The notes under the pieces are model-generated. The model had not been told where the DNA came from. It saw only the letters and a program-made list of their open reading frames with translations, and did no database searches. From the IMG/VR virus record IMGVR_UViG_2565956600_000003: 8,188 nt of DNA. One strand, given 5' to 3'. Source of the DNA: a virus. Its lineage: Duplodnaviria > Heunggongvirae > Uroviricota > Caudoviricetes. Shown piece by piece: positions 7,211-8,188 of this stretch (its first letter is position 1; every line of letters starts with the position of its first letter). The translations under genes were made by a program, and so were the position numbers.

Positions 7211-7330
7211 TGCGGTGTTTCTCCAGATGTGGCCCATCTGAGGCCGTGTTGGTGCGCAGCTCGAAGGCTACGTCGAGTCTGTTTTGGCAGTCACCTTAAA
7301 GTATAGATAGCTGACAAAAAAGGCTCTCGT
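7211..7330 (-). promoter_or_regulatory. Host pflB-pflA intergenic region (expected to carry the pflA promoter and RBS)
   Basis: Located between the pflB terminator and the pflA start codon on the minus strand. No specific -35/-10 assignment was made. Confidence 0.4.
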
Positions 7331-7333
7331 GCT

Positions 7334-7359
7334 AAAAAAGGCCCCACTTTCGTGGAGCC
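7334..7359 (-). terminator. Intrinsic terminator downstream of pflB
   Basis: On the minus strand: GGCTCCAC-gaaa-GTGGGGCC (8-bp stem with one G-U pair, GAAA tetraloop) followed by TTTTTT. A second T-run follows about 12 nt later. Confidence 0.7.
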
Positions 7360-7401
7360 TTTATTGTACGCTTTTTACTGTACGATTTCAGTCAAATCTA
7401 A

Positions 7402-8188
7402 TTACATAGATTGAGTGAAGGTACGAGTAATAACGTCCTGCTGCTGTTCTTTAGTCAGCGAGTTGAAACGTACTGCGTAGCCAGATACACGGATGGTCAG
7501 CTGCGGATATTTTTCCGGGTTTTCCATCGCGTCGAGCAGCATTTCACGGTTCATCACGTTAACGTTCAGGTGCTGACCACCTTCGATGGATGCTTCGTGG
7601 TGGAAGTAACCATCCATCAGACCAGCCAGGTTGGTCTTACGAACTTCGTCGTCTTTACCCAGTGCGTTCGGAACGATAGAGAAGGTGTAGGAGATACCAT
7701 CTTTAGCGTAAGCAAACGGCAGTTTAGCAACGGAAGTCAGAGACGCTACAGCACCTTTCTGGTCACGACCGTGCATCGGGTTAGCACCCGGTCCGAACGG
7801 CGCGCCAGCACGACGACCGTCTGGGGTGTTACCAGTTTTCTTACCATACACAACGTTAGAAGTGATGGTCAGAACAGACTGAGTCGGGATAGCGTCACGG
7901 TAGGTGTGCAGTTTCTGAATTTTCTTCATGAAACGTTCTACCAGGTCAACAGCCAGGTCATCTACACGCGGATCATTGTTACCAAACTGCGGGTATTCGC
8001 CTTCGATTTCGAAGTCGATAGCCAGACCGTCTTCGTCACGAATCGGTTTAACTTTCGCATATTTGATTGCAGACAGGGAGTCAGCAGCAACGGACAGACC
8101 AGCGATACCACACGCCATGGTGCGGATAACGTCACGGTCGTGCAGCGCCATCAGAGAGGCTTCGTAGCTGTACTTGTCGTGCATGTAG
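7402..8188 (-). CDS. pflB: Pyruvate formate-lyase (formate C-acetyltransferase), C-terminal 261 codons; 5' end outside the window
   Basis: Translation ends ...[33 protein letters not shown], the glycyl-radical motif (RVSGY, Gly codon at 7480-7482) and C-terminus of E. coli-type PflB. The frame is open to the window edge. A close paralogue such as TdcE is less likely given the adjacent pflA start. Confidence 0.9.
   Translation of the reverse strand, partial: YMHDKYSYEASLMALHDRDVIRTMACGIAGLSVAADSLSAIKYAKVKPIRDEDGLAIDFEIEGEYPQFGNNDPRVDDLAVDLVERFMKKIQKLHTYRDAIPTQSVLTITSNVVYGKKTGNTPDGRRAGAPFGPGANPMHGRDQKGAVASLTSVAKLPFAYAKDGISYTFSIVPNALGKDDEVRKTNLAGLMDGYFHHEASIEGGQHLNVNVMNREMLLDAMENPEKYPQLTIRVSGYAVRFNSLTKEQQQDVITRTFTQSM

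Noticed and set aside
7121-7400. Looked for a tRNA or tmRNA gene at the prophage-host junction, the common integration target for P2-like and other temperate phages
   Set aside because: No tRNA-like cloverleaf or conserved T-loop/acceptor sequence is evident. The junction instead matches the pflA start and the pflB-pflA intergenic region.
7928-8167. 79-aa plus-strand ORF inside pflB
   Set aside because: Antisense to the highly conserved pflB coding sequence. Ser/Arg-rich translation typical of a shadow frame.
1-8188. CRISPR arrays, IS elements or other repeats beyond short hairpins
   Set aside because: No regularly spaced direct repeats, no transposase-like ORFs and no long terminal inverted repeats were seen by eye.

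Overview
This window is the right-hand ~7.2 kb of an integrated P2-like (Peduovirus-type) myovirus prophage, followed by ~1 kb of host DNA. From left to right: the 3' end of a tail-fibre assembly gene (G-like); a ~330-bp intergenic region with a terminator and the probable late promoter; the complete, tightly packed tail operon FI (sheath), FII (tube), E and E+E' (frameshift chaperone pair), T (tape measure), U, D; then ogr (zinc-finger late-gene activator) with its own putative promoter and a strong intrinsic terminator. Phage DNA ends near position 7190-7198, inside the first codons of host pflA. The host pflB-pflA intergenic region and the last 261 codons of pflB (minus strand, with the glycyl-radical motif) follow. 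I do not find a convincing novel cargo or defence system here: every sizeable ORF is a syntenic phage core gene or pflB, and the usual cargo slot between G and FI is essentially empty. The points most worth a second look are the integration site inside pflA and its consequences for pflA expression, and the E/E' recoding site. All homology statements are from reading the translations and from memory of the P2 and E. coli proteins; no database search was run.
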